A stretch of 64,000 bases of DNA from a bacterium (GTDB lineage Archaea; Thermoplasmatota; E2; JACPAO01; JAHFTW01). Positions 44,241-52,448 of this stretch are shown one piece after another; the stretch's first letter is position 1; each line of letters starts with the position of its first letter. Position numbers and translations under genes: made by a program. The notes beneath the pieces were generated by a model. The model was not told where the DNA came from and ran no database searches. It saw only the letters and a list, made by a program, of their open reading frames with translations. Location of the stretch: the NCBI GenBank assembly GCA_040390065.1, contig JAZJZE010000009.1, forward strand, positions 520,556-584,555, given 5' to 3'.

Positions 44241-45065
44241 GTGGCGGAAGAGGGACGCGATGCACCCCGGCAGGGCACGCACACCTCCGCCCGACCGGCC
44301 GCAACCGACGCGGAGAAGGAGGCGGTCTCCTACGAGATGCTGCAGGACCTCCTGCGCTCCGAGCGGCGCAGCAACAAACTCATGCCGGTGACGGCGCGCT
44401 TCTGGTTCCTCGTGCGCGAATTCCTGGAGGCGGTCACGAACGAGTTCCGGGCCGAGCAGGCGAAGGACCCCTTCAGCCGCAAGGTCATGCTTCTGACGGA
44501 CGAAGTCAAGAACGCTCGTCACGCCGCCGAGTCGCTTTGGGCTTTGCGTGAACGCAAGCTCGCAATGTTGGCCCTGGCTGCGACGAAGGACCGCAAGCGC
44601 CCGGAAGGTGTCACGCCCGACGAGGCCGAACTGTACGATGGCTTCCTGCAGGCGCTTGGAACCGCCCGCACGCGGTTGTTCGACGGCCTCCTGCCGCCGC
44701 CCACGCTCCAGCCGCCGCCCGTCCCGGTCCCGAGTCCCGCACCCGGCGCGACGACGGCGCCGCCCGTGCAGATGCCGATCCAGGAGCCGCCGCGGCCTGA
44801 CGCGAAGGCCCCAGTCATGTCGGTCCCGGTGGCACCGCCTCCTCCCGCGACGGCAGCCGGCGGCCCGGGTGTCCACGTCGTCCCCCACGACACCACCCAA
44901 ACCGTGCAGATGGTCACCATCCGGGCCCTCGGCGACATTCCGCCTTTCGTCGGCCCCGACATGCAGACGTACCTGCTCAAGGCCGGCGACCTCGCAACGG
45001 TCCCGCCGAGCATCGCGAACCTGCTGGTGAGGCGAAACAAGGCGGCCATCGTCAACATGGGCTGA
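44241..45065 (+). CDS. gins51: GINS complex subunit Gins51 (Gins15) with long Pro-rich A-B linker
   Basis: ORF of 274 aa. The A-domain has YEMLQDLLRSERRSNKLMPV...FLVREFL...EVKNARHAAESLWALRERKLAMLA. The B-domain has VTIRALGDIPPFVGPDMQTYLLKAGDLATVPPSIANLLVRRNKA. It sits directly after priS, as is usual in archaea. Confidence 0.8.
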   Translation: MAEEGRDAPRQGTHTSARPAATDAEKEAVSYEMLQDLLRSERRSNKLMPVTARFWFLVREFLEAVTNEFRAEQAKDPFSRKVMLLTDEVKNARHAAESLWALRERKLAMLALAATKDRKRPEGVTPDEAELYDGFLQALGTARTRLFDGLLPPPTLQPPPVPVPSPAPGATTAPPVQMPIQEPPRPDAKAPVMSVPVAPPPPATAAGGPGVHVVPHDTTQTVQMVTIRALGDIPPFVGPDMQTYLLKAGDLATVPPSIANLLVRRNKAAIVNMG

Positions 45066-45142
45066 ATCCGCCCGCTCGGGTCAACAGATGCTCGAGATGA
45101 CGACGGCTTTTCCGTCACGACTTCGCCTCCGTCGTCGGCATC

Positions 45143-45170
45143 GGTTTCATCGGTTCAATCTGTTGACCAG
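45143..45170 (+). repeat. 9-bp-phased array GGTTTCATCG GTTCAATCT GTTGACCAG
   Basis: Read directly from the sequence, 78 nt downstream of the gins51 stop. Near-copy of the array at 21831-21857. Confidence 0.7.
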
Positions 45171-45202
45171 GAGTCGTCTCGGGGGCGACGCGACATCACC
45201 TC

Positions 45203-45210
45203 CAAATAGG
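45203..45210 (+). promoter_or_regulatory. TATA-like box for ORF 45233
   Basis: CAAATAGG is centred about 26 nt upstream of the ATG. Confidence 0.35.
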
Positions 45211-45232
45211 CCCGCGAAACTCGCCGAGAACG

Positions 45233-45580
45233 ATGCCCGACCGCACCCCCTTCCGCAAGCAGCCGTTCTCGGATGAGGAAGCGGAGAAACTGTACCACAA
45301 CTCGCACGACCTTCGCGAGATGTACACGCGGGAGAACACGGAACGCCGCCGCGCCGGGGCGCACACGCTTCGCCGCTACCTGACGACGGCGCAGGATAAG
45401 CTTCTCACCGCCCACATGACGAAGATCCGCGACGAGTACGAGACAGCCAACAACGACGACGTCGTCGTGGTGTTCGTGCAGAAGGCCATCGCCGAGGGAA
45501 AGACAGCCGAGTTTGCTCCGCAGCTCGTGGAGTATGCGAAGAAGGCCGTCGTGCCGAAGCGGACGACGCCGGTATACTAG
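45233..45580 (+). CDS. Hypothetical protein (115 aa)
   Basis: ORF 45233..45580. CAAATAGG (45203-45210) lies about 26 nt upstream of the ATG. The protein is helical and charged. No family recognised. Confidence 0.6.
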   Translation: MPDRTPFRKQPFSDEEAEKLYHNSHDLREMYTRENTERRRAGAHTLRRYLTTAQDKLLTAHMTKIRDEYETANNDDVVVVFVQKAIAEGKTAEFAPQLVEYAKKAVVPKRTTPVY

Positions 45581-45711
45581 TCGGCGTTCAGGCTAAATAC
45601 CACCTCCGTGTCGCCAACCTTGCCTTCCGTAGATTTCCCCGCCACCGCATCCCTTGGGAGCGGACGTCGGGACAGTCTTCGCCGTTGGAAGGCCGGCGAA
45701 GGTGTGATACC

Positions 45712-46008
45712 ATGAAACTCCCCCGCACCGTGAAGCGGTACTGCCCTTCGGCCAAGTGCCAGAAGCACCAGGACCACGACGTCGAACGCGTCAAGAAACG
45801 CCGCGCCAGTGAACTCAGCTGGGGTCAGAGGCGGTTCCGCAAGGTCACCTCCGGTTACACGGGTTTCCCCCGTCCGAAGCCCGAGGGCCGCGAGAAGCCG
45901 ACGAAGCGCATCTTCCTGAAGTACGTCTGCAAGGTGTGCAAGAAGGCCCACCAGCCGGCCGCCTTCCGCGCCAAGAAGTTCGAACTCATCGAGGTGAAGG
46001 GCAAATGA
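45712..46008 (+). CDS. rpl44e: 50S ribosomal protein L44e
   Basis: Within ORF 45685..46008. ATG 45712 gives [22 protein letters not shown]...CKVCKKAH (Zn-ribbon Cys pairs). Confidence 0.93.
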   Translation: MKLPRTVKRYCPSAKCQKHQDHDVERVKKRRASELSWGQRRFRKVTSGYTGFPRPKPEGREKPTKRIFLKYVCKVCKKAHQPAAFRAKKFELIEVKGK

Positions 46009-46181
46009 CCGCAATCCGTGCTCAATTCGTGAAAGTGAAGTGCGGCGACTGCGGCAACGAGCAGATCGCCTTCAACCGCGCGGCCACCAAGGTCAACTGC
46101 CTCGTCTGCGGCGCAACCCTTGCGACGCCGACCGGCGGCGAGGCCAAGTTCAAGGCGGAAATCACGCACACGTTCGATTAG
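46005..46181 (+). CDS. rps27e: 30S ribosomal protein S27e
   Basis: Within ORF 45936..46181. ATG 46005 overlaps the L44e stop (ATGA). [38 protein letters not shown]. Confidence 0.93.
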   Translation: MTAIRAQFVKVKCGDCGNEQIAFNRAATKVNCLVCGATLATPTGGEAKFKAEITHTFD

Positions 46182-46197
46182 TCTTGCGTCCAACGGT

Positions 46198-46319
46198 GTC
46201 CAGGTTTGGCCCTTAGCGCAAGCTCGGCCAGCATTGGAATCCACAGAATCCTGCGTCGAAGCGCTGTCAAGGTTTGGCCCCCGCGCCGAGCTCGCCCAGC
46301 ATTGGAATCCACCGAATCC
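46198..46319 (+). repeat. Two ~54-bp direct repeats (46198-46251 and 46266-46319)
   Basis: GTC(C/A)AGGTTTGGCCC..GC.C.(A/G)AGCTCG(G/C)CCAGCATTGGAATCCAC(A/C)GAATCC occurs twice, 68 bp apart, between the convergent rps27e and membrane-protein genes. Confidence 0.8.
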
Positions 46320-46360
46320 ACAGAAAGTAGCGGGCGGTTTCGGTGGATTCAGTGGATTCC
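46304..46360 (-). terminator. 18-bp-stem hairpin built from GGAATCCAC 9-mers; candidate 3'-end hairpin
   Basis: GGAATCCACCGAATCCAC (46304-46321) pairs with GGTGGATTCAGTGGATTCC (42-60 of the same kb). The single C-A mismatch on plus becomes G-U on the minus strand. It lies 19 nt downstream of the minus-strand stop at 46379. Confidence 0.4.
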
Positions 46361-46378
46361 TGTTTCAGTGGGGCCGCG

Positions 46379-46846
46379 TTAAGCCAGCAATAGGACGGCG
46401 GCCGTGAGGCCAATCCCAGCGACAAAGGTCCACCAAAGGAGGCTCTCCCGATGCCCCGCGCGGCGCCATTCCTCGGACGGCACGCCCTCCTTCATCGCTT
46501 GCATCAGCCGGAAAGAACTGGCCAAACCCATGGCGATGAACGAGCCGCACAGAGCCCAGCCTGCGGCGACGGCTATCCATGCGGCCCAGGCGGCACCCTC
46601 GGGCTTGACCCACACCGCTACGACGACGAGGCCAACGAGCAGGAAAATCGGGTAAAGCCCCCAGAACCAGACGCGGTCGCGACGCCACAATGCTTCGACG
46701 CGAGCGTCGTTGTCGGCGCGGAAGTCGACACGCCATACACCGAAGCGTTCGCGTTCGAGGCGGATCTGGCGGCCATGGGCCTTGGCCGAGATGAGGATCA
46801 GCGCGAGAGTGGCGACGGTTTCGGCGGCCAGGGCCCAATCGCGCAC
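46379..46846 (-). CDS. Hypothetical membrane protein
   Basis: C-terminal part of ORF 46379..47062 from GTG 46846 (VRDWALAAETVATLALILI...), with 4 TM segments. The longer ORF would overlap the aIF2-alpha start. It lies antisense inside the conserved S27e/aIF2-alpha pair. Confidence 0.55.
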   Translation of the reverse strand: MRDWALAAETVATLALILISAKAHGRQIRLERERFGVWRVDFRADNDARVEALWRRDRVWFWGLYPIFLLVGLVVVAVWVKPEGAAWAAWIAVAAGWALCGSFIAMGLASSFRLMQAMKEGVPSEEWRRAGHRESLLWWTFVAGIGLTAAVLLLA

Positions 46847-46904
46847 AACCCTGGAGAAAACCGGTCCCCTAAAGCCTGATATCAGAGACGCTTCTCCCCA
46901 AACC

Positions 46905-47708
46905 GTGGCTAAACTCAACCCCTTCCCTGAGGAGGGCGAACTCGTCGTCGGTACCGTGCGCGAGGTGCAGAACTTCGGCGCCTTCGTGACGCTCGAGGAG
47001 TACAAGGGCAAGGAGGGCTTCTGCCACATCCGCGAAGTCGCTCCGGGTTGGGTGAAGCGCATCCGCGACTACGTGCGCGAGAAGCAGCGCGTCGTGTGCA
47101 AGGTCATGGGTGTCGACGCCAAGAAGGGCCATATCGACCTCAGCATCAAGGCCGTCAACGACCACCAGAAGCGCGAGACCATCCAGGCGTGGAAGAACGA
47201 GCAGAAGGCGGACAAGTTCCTCGAGATCATGGCGGAGCGCGAGAAGACCACGGTCGAGGCGCTCATGGCCACGTTCGGCCGCGACGTCATCGCCAAGTTC
47301 GGGACACTTTACCAGGCCTTCGTCGAATCCGCCGAACTCGGCGCAGAGGCGCTGGAGCAAGAGGGCCTGAAGGGTCCGTGGGTCGCGTCGTTCGTGGCGT
47401 TCGCGCAGGAGAACATCCAGGCGCAGTTCGTCGACATCGCCGGCTACGTGGACATCCAGAGCCCCCTGCCCGACGGCGTGAAGCACGTGTCCAAGGCGCT
47501 CAAGCAGGCGGAGAAGTCCGAGTTCGAGGACGTCACCATCGAGGTCGCCTACATGGGGGCGCCGCACTACCGCGTCACCGTCCGAGCGCCCGATTTCAAG
47601 ATTGCCGAGACGGAATTGGAGAAGGCGGCGGAGCGCGCCGTCGACGCCATCAAGAAGGCGGGCGGGTCCGGCTCCTTCCACCGCGAACTCGAGGTCAAGA
47701 AGGCCTAG
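46905..47708 (+). CDS. eif2a: Translation initiation factor 2 subunit alpha (aIF2-alpha)
   Basis: In frame with ORF 46710..47708, starting at GTG 46905. S1 domain FPEEGELVVGTVREVQNFGAFVTLEEYKGKEGFCHIREVA, then the helical and alpha-beta domains. The 267-aa length is canonical. Confidence 0.92.
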   Translation: MAKLNPFPEEGELVVGTVREVQNFGAFVTLEEYKGKEGFCHIREVAPGWVKRIRDYVREKQRVVCKVMGVDAKKGHIDLSIKAVNDHQKRETIQAWKNEQKADKFLEIMAEREKTTVEALMATFGRDVIAKFGTLYQAFVESAELGAEALEQEGLKGPWVASFVAFAQENIQAQFVDIAGYVDIQSPLPDGVKHVSKALKQAEKSEFEDVTIEVAYMGAPHYRVTVRAPDFKIAETELEKAAERAVDAIKKAGGSGSFHRELEVKKA

Positions 47709-47709
47709 G

Positions 47710-47886
47710 ATGACGAACGCCCTCATGCGGTATTGCGGCACCTGCTCCGAGTACACGCTGAAGGAGGCCTGCCCGCGCTGCGGCGGCAAGACGGCGCAGA
47801 AGACGCCGGCCAAGTTCAGTCCCGAGGACCATTACGGCGAGTACCGACGCAAGCTCAAGAAATTGGATGCGTCCGAGAAGGCGTAG
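47710..47886 (+). CDS. nop10: H/ACA RNP protein Nop10
   Basis: Within ORF 47602..47886. ATG 47710 lies 1 nt after the aIF2-alpha stop. MRYCGTCSEYTLKEACPRCGGKT...PAKFSPEDHYGEYRR. Confidence 0.92.
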   Translation: MTNALMRYCGTCSEYTLKEACPRCGGKTAQKTPAKFSPEDHYGEYRRKLKKLDASEKA

Positions 47887-47898
47887 GGCATCGGTCCA

Positions 47899-48319
47899 TC
47901 GAAACCAACCAACTTGCGGCCACGTCAACCTCCGACGGCGGCGACGCGCACGAGGTGGCCGCTTGCTTGAGTTTGGGCGGCCTGGAAAAACAGTGAACCC
48001 CATGAAACGGCAGGCGACAGGACATCGGTTTCCCTGGGTTCGGGTGGTGCACTATTTTCCGCGGCCTCCCACACTCAGCGACGCCCCGCAAGCAAGATGA
48101 ATCCCAGCCCCCCCGGCGGCCCCCGCGCGCTCGCTACGCATCGCGCACTGGCCTCGCCCTCGCACGCCCGCGCTGCGCTGCGGGCTGCTCGCCCCGACCG
48201 GGGGCCCGCTTCGCCTTTCCTCCATTCCCTCAAGGCGTCGGCGCCGTCGGAGGACGACGGGAATGGCTCGGTGGCTTGGACAAGCAGGAATCAGTCCAAT
48301 CCGTGCAATCCGTGGTTCG
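47899..48319. repeat. Left copy of long inverted repeat (IR-L)
   Basis: Reverse complement of 54268..54736. Identical blocks include 48063-48085 = rc 54550-54572 (23 nt), 48243-48270 = rc 54327-54354 (28 nt) and 48088-48106 = rc 54529-54547. The centre is diverged and carries indels. Confidence 0.85.
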
Positions 48320-48331
48320 CGTGGGCGACGG

Positions 48332-49288
48332 CTAGTGCGCCATGCGTGCCAACTTTTCCGCCTTCGTTGGCTGGTGCACGTGCGTGATGAGGTGCGTCCA
48401 TGCGAGGAGCCGCACGAGCCATGCGCCGGTGTCGACTTGCCACCATTTCATGCCGATGTAGGCGGCGTTGGGGAAGGCGTGGTGGTTGTTGTGCCAGCCT
48501 TCGCCCCAGCCGAAGATGGCGACGATGGGGTTGTTGGCGCCGCGGTCGTTCGTCTTGAACGGGCGGCGGCCCGACATGTGGCCGATGGAGTTGACGCTCC
48601 ACGTCGTGTGGTGCATGAGGCCGACGCGGATGAGGCCGCCCCAGACGAAGCAGTCGAAGGCGCCGGCAAGCGTTCCGTAGGCGAGGTAGCCGATGATGGC
48701 GGGCAGCACAAGAGAGAATGTGGTCCAGAAGACCCAGGTACGTGTGAAGAACGCGACCACCTTGTCCTGCATGAGCTTCTCGTAGGCGAGTCCGCCGTAG
48801 ACCATGCGGTCCTTGAGCATCCATCCCATGTGTGCGTGCCAGAAGCCTTCCAGTGGGCTGTGGGGGTCGCCGGGCCGGTCGGCCTTGGCGTGGTGGCGCA
48901 GGTGCGTTGCCGCCCAACCGGCTGGCGGGCCTTCGAGGGCCATCGTGCCGGCCATGAGGAGTCCGATCTTCGCGGGGGTCTTGGCGGTAAAGGCGCGGTG
49001 GGTGAGCATGCGGTGGAAGCCGACGCTGACGCCGAGGCCGGTCAGGAGCCAGCCGCCGATGAGGAGGCCAATCTCGAGCCAGCCGACGCCATGGCCCCAG
49101 AGGCGCCACCCGGCGTAGCCGAGGGCCAGCAGGGGGAGGAAGACGATGACCAGGATGAGGAGCTTGCCCCACCACGGGTCGTGGCCGAAGGGGAACGGGT
49201 CCTGGCCCTTGTGTTCGCCTTCGTGGGCCGTCTGGTCCCACTCCTGTTGTTCGGGGTCTTGGGCGTGCGCTTGGTTCGACATGGGCAT
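48332..49288 (-). CDS. Membrane acyl-CoA/acyl-lipid delta-9-type fatty acid desaturase
   Basis: ORF of 318 aa. Three His boxes: HRMLTH, HLRHHAKAD and HNNHHAFP. TM hairpins are present. Confidence 0.88.
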   Translation of the reverse strand: MPMSNQAHAQDPEQQEWDQTAHEGEHKGQDPFPFGHDPWWGKLLILVIVFLPLLALGYAGWRLWGHGVGWLEIGLLIGGWLLTGLGVSVGFHRMLTHRAFTAKTPAKIGLLMAGTMALEGPPAGWAATHLRHHAKADRPGDPHSPLEGFWHAHMGWMLKDRMVYGGLAYEKLMQDKVVAFFTRTWVFWTTFSLVLPAIIGYLAYGTLAGAFDCFVWGGLIRVGLMHHTTWSVNSIGHMSGRRPFKTNDRGANNPIVAIFGWGEGWHNNHHAFPNAAYIGMKWWQVDTGAWLVRLLAWTHLITHVHQPTKAEKLARMAH

Positions 49289-49482
49289 CCCTCCTGAGAG
49301 TCATCCGGAGGGCTGCTAACCGGGCGGACGCTGCTTCCAGATTGAAACCTATGTTCGCTGTGGAAGTGGTTAAGGCCGGAGGTTAGGGGAACGGCTGCTG
49401 GTATCCTGCGCGACACCAAGGAGGTCTCCCGGCCGAGAAGAAACGAATGTGGAACGAGGGGAAGAGGAAGCGTTGGAGGTTC

Positions 49483-50232
49483 TCAGTCGTCGCCCTTGGC
49501 GTGGCGGCTGCGCTCGTCTTCGGCGTCGCGTTCGCGCATGCGCTCGCGGCGTTCGTCGTCGTGCGGCCGGTCGCCCTTCTCGCTCTCGAGATGCAGGACG
49601 GGCTTCAGCATCCACTTGCCGTTGCCGGTCTGGTGGAGGCTGCGGTCGAGGTCGAAGTCGATGGTGAGCTTCGTCTCCTTTCCGTCGTCGACGGTGAAGT
49701 GTCCCTTGATGCGCAGGTTGTGGCCCGGCACGGTCACGTTCGCCGTGCTGCCATCCTTGAGCGTGAGGCTCGCGGAGTCGACGGTGAGGCGGATCTGGTT
49801 GTAGGCGCCGACGGGTACGTCCGCGTCGCCCAGGAAGGCGCTTGCCGAGCCGTTGAAGGCCAGCAGGTCGACCGTGGTGGGCTTGTCCATGACCGTGATC
49901 CAGGCGCTCTCGTTGTCCGTGTCGTTGTCCTGTTGGACCTCGATGCTGATGGCGATGCGGCCGTGACCCGGTGCGGCGGAGACGTTGGCGCGCGCCGATT
50001 CATCGTCGCGTTCCTTCTCCTCCCGCTCCTGCTCCTCGCGTTCGGAATCGTTGTCGGTCTGGTGCAACTGCACCTTGCTGAACGTGACGTACACATGCGT
50101 CACGTCGTCGGTGGGGGCGTCCTTGACGAAGACGGAAGCCGTGCCCGTGGACCCGCTGGCTGACATGCAGCCGGCAAGGGCGGTGACTGCCAACGTCGCG
50201 ACGAGGGCGATGCCGATGGTTCGATGGTTCAT
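49483..50232 (-). CDS. DUF4382-like lipoprotein with acidic insert and tail
   Basis: C-terminal 249 codons of ORF 49483..51714 from ATG 50232. MNHRTIGIALVATLAVTALAGCMS, VFVKDAP, VDLLAFNG, PVGAYNQIRLTV and DFDLDRS. The rest of that ORF is a shadow of aspS. Confidence 0.7.
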   Translation of the reverse strand: MNHRTIGIALVATLAVTALAGCMSASGSTGTASVFVKDAPTDDVTHVYVTFSKVQLHQTDNDSEREEQEREEKERDDESARANVSAAPGHGRIAISIEVQQDNDTDNESAWITVMDKPTTVDLLAFNGSASAFLGDADVPVGAYNQIRLTVDSASLTLKDGSTANVTVPGHNLRIKGHFTVDDGKETKLTIDFDLDRSLHQTGNGKWMLKPVLHLESEKGDRPHDDERRERMRERDAEDERSRHAKGDD

Positions 50233-50330
50233 GTTGTTCGCACCTGCCTTGTCCCTGCGCGGGACGGCATATAGGGCATATCGGTCATTTGTCGAAGAAA
50301 CGCGCGATGGCGGTTGCCGCAAACGAAAGT

Positions 50331-51701
50331 CTACGGCGTGACCCGTGTCACGTCGCGCGGGAACAGGATTGCTTCGCGGATATTGGGCAATCCCAGCATC
50401 ATCATGAGAATCCGTTCGATGCCGATGCCGCAGCCGCCATGCGGTGGCATGCCGTACTTGAACGCCTCGAGGTAGGCCATGAAGTCCTTCGGGTCGAGAC
50501 CCCAGCGCCGGATGCCTTGCTCCAGGAGGACGGGGTCGTGGATGCGTTGGCCGCCGCTGATGAGTTCGACGCCGCGGTAGTCCAGGTCGAAGCCGCGGCA
50601 CAGGCGTGAGTCCATCGTGCCGTCTTCGGGCATGACGTAGAACGGCTTGGGGGCAAGAGGCCACTTCGTGATGAAGTAGAAATCGTGGCCCTCGCGCTTC
50701 ATGGCACGCCACAGCACTTTCTCGGCGGCGCTCCCGATGTCGTCGCCGAACTTCAGTTCCGCCATGCGCAAGTCGGCGTCGAGGTCCGCGGCCTTGAGTT
50801 CCTGGTTGATGATGGCAAGCGCATCCTCGTACGGGACGCGGCGGAAGGGTTGGCGCGGCACCTTGACGTCGGCGCCGAGGACGGCGACCTCGTCCGGCGT
50901 CTCCGTCACGACTTCGGCCCAGATGTGGCTGAGGAGCCCCTCGATGCTCTGCATGACGTCCTCCTCCGACTCGATGAAGGATTGCTCGATGTCGAACGCC
51001 GTGGACTCGTTCAGGTGCCGCACCGTGTTGTGCTTCTCGGCGCGGAAGTACCAGCCGACCTCGAAGACCTTGTCCAGGCCGCCGGCCATCATCATCTGCT
51101 TGTACAACTGCGGGCTCTGCGCGAGGTACACCTTCTTGCCGAAGTAGTCGAACTTGTAGGTGTCCGTGCCGCCCTCCGACGAGGCTCCGAGGATGTTGGA
51201 GGTGTGGATCTCGGTGAAGCCGTTGGCGCGCAGCCACGTCGTTCCCGCCTCGATGACCTTGGCGCGGATGGTGAAGATGGCCTTGCTGCGCGGGCCCCGC
51301 AGGTCGAGGAAGCGGTGGTCGAGGCGCGTGTCGAGGCCGGTCTCGATCTTGTCGTCCCAGACGGCGAACGGCAGCGGCGTCGCGGCGGCGTTGAGGACCT
51401 TTCCGCCCGTGGGGATGACCTCGAAGCCCGCCTTCGCCTTCTCCGTCTTCTGCACGAGGCCGGTGAGGCTCACGACGGATTCGGGTGTGAGGGCGACGAT
51501 CTGGTCGAAGAGCGCACCGAGGCCCTTGCCCTGCATCTCCTCCTTCTTGCACACGAACTGCACTTGCCCTGTCCGGTCGCGAAGGACCAGGAATGCCATG
51601 ACGCCCTTGGCGCGCACGGCGTGCACCCAGCCAGCAAACGTCTGAGTCGTGCCGAAGTGCGCGGGCGTGACCTGGCCGCAGCCGAGGGTTCGGAGGGTCA
51701 T
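50331..51701 (-). CDS. aspS: Aspartyl-tRNA synthetase, archaeal type
   Basis: ORF of 456 aa with OB-fold N-terminus, FLDLR, class II motif 2 YFRAEKHNTVRHLNES and motif 3 GGCGIGIERILMMMLG. Confidence 0.95.
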   Translation of the reverse strand: MTLRTLGCGQVTPAHFGTTQTFAGWVHAVRAKGVMAFLVLRDRTGQVQFVCKKEEMQGKGLGALFDQIVALTPESVVSLTGLVQKTEKAKAGFEVIPTGGKVLNAAATPLPFAVWDDKIETGLDTRLDHRFLDLRGPRSKAIFTIRAKVIEAGTTWLRANGFTEIHTSNILGASSEGGTDTYKFDYFGKKVYLAQSPQLYKQMMMAGGLDKVFEVGWYFRAEKHNTVRHLNESTAFDIEQSFIESEEDVMQSIEGLLSHIWAEVVTETPDEVAVLGADVKVPRQPFRRVPYEDALAIINQELKAADLDADLRMAELKFGDDIGSAAEKVLWRAMKREGHDFYFITKWPLAPKPFYVMPEDGTMDSRLCRGFDLDYRGVELISGGQRIHDPVLLEQGIRRWGLDPKDFMAYLEAFKYGMPPHGGCGIGIERILMMMLGLPNIREAILFPRDVTRVTP

Positions 51702-51743
51702 CGCGAGTTTGCACCCGATGCGGCGCTTAAGGGCAGCGGCGCC

Positions 51744-52313
51744 TTACTTCGCCTTCTTGCTGGCCGCCTTCGGGGTTGGCGGGGCTGCGGGTGGGGCAGC
51801 GGCCATGGGCTGCGCGGCGGGACGAGCCATCATGAGTTGCACCATGGGCCAGGCGAGGACGAGGCAAAGCGCCGCGGCAAACAGGGTGAGGGGCGCCGCG
51901 CCGCCGTAATCGGATGCCGGGGTCGTGAAGGCCAGGATGGCCGTCAAGGCTGCGATGGCAAGCCCGGCCTGGAACAGCCAGGCGGGCGACAGCGACGGCC
52001 GGCGCACGTACAGGATCACGCCGACGGGGACGAGGCAAGCCAGGACCGTGAGGGCAAGGCGGATGTCGCCGACGCTGGGGATGATGGTCTTGTTGTTGCC
52101 GTAGACCGGGAAGTTGAGGAGCGGGACGAGGCCGACGAGAAGGGTCACAATTCCCAGGACGAGGTTGGTTCGGCCACGGGAAAGCAAGACGAGAACCCCG
52201 GTCACCATGATGGCCGCCACGTCGACCAGCGGCACGACGTCCCCGCCGACGACAAGGGATGCCGCGCCAAGGACGGCGCACACGGTTCCAGCAATGGGCA
52301 GGGCTTTGCTCAT
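51744..52313 (-). CDS. Hypothetical polytopic membrane protein with Ala/Pro/Lys-rich tail
   Basis: Within ORF 51744..52445. ATG 52313 gives MSKALPIAGTVCAVLGAASLVVGG, with 5-6 TM segments. Confidence 0.6.
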   Translation of the reverse strand: MSKALPIAGTVCAVLGAASLVVGGDVVPLVDVAAIMVTGVLVLLSRGRTNLVLGIVTLLVGLVPLLNFPVYGNNKTIIPSVGDIRLALTVLACLVPVGVILYVRRPSLSPAWLFQAGLAIAALTAILAFTTPASDYGGAAPLTLFAAALCLVLAWPMVQLMMARPAAQPMAAAPPAAPPTPKAASKKAK

Positions 52314-52448
52314 GCCATCAGATTGACGACCGTGATAGAAACGCTTCGCACGCGACGCGGCGGCACGAAACGGACGGCCGGCGCATCTGGGCTGAACCGA
52401 ATCGGCGCGTTCCATGCGTGGCAGCCCGGAGAGCAATCTGCGCAAGAT

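Noticed and set aside
47855-48091. Small Cys/His-containing ORFs inside the inverted repeats (47855..48091 minus and the matching frame in 54515-54760 plus; also 47867..48100 and 54535..54795)
   Set aside because: Two different frames look equally conserved simply because the DNA copies are similar. Differences between copies are not enriched at synonymous positions (about 4 synonymous of about 11 in the best block). There is no start/TATA context, and the region is palindromic at the DNA level.
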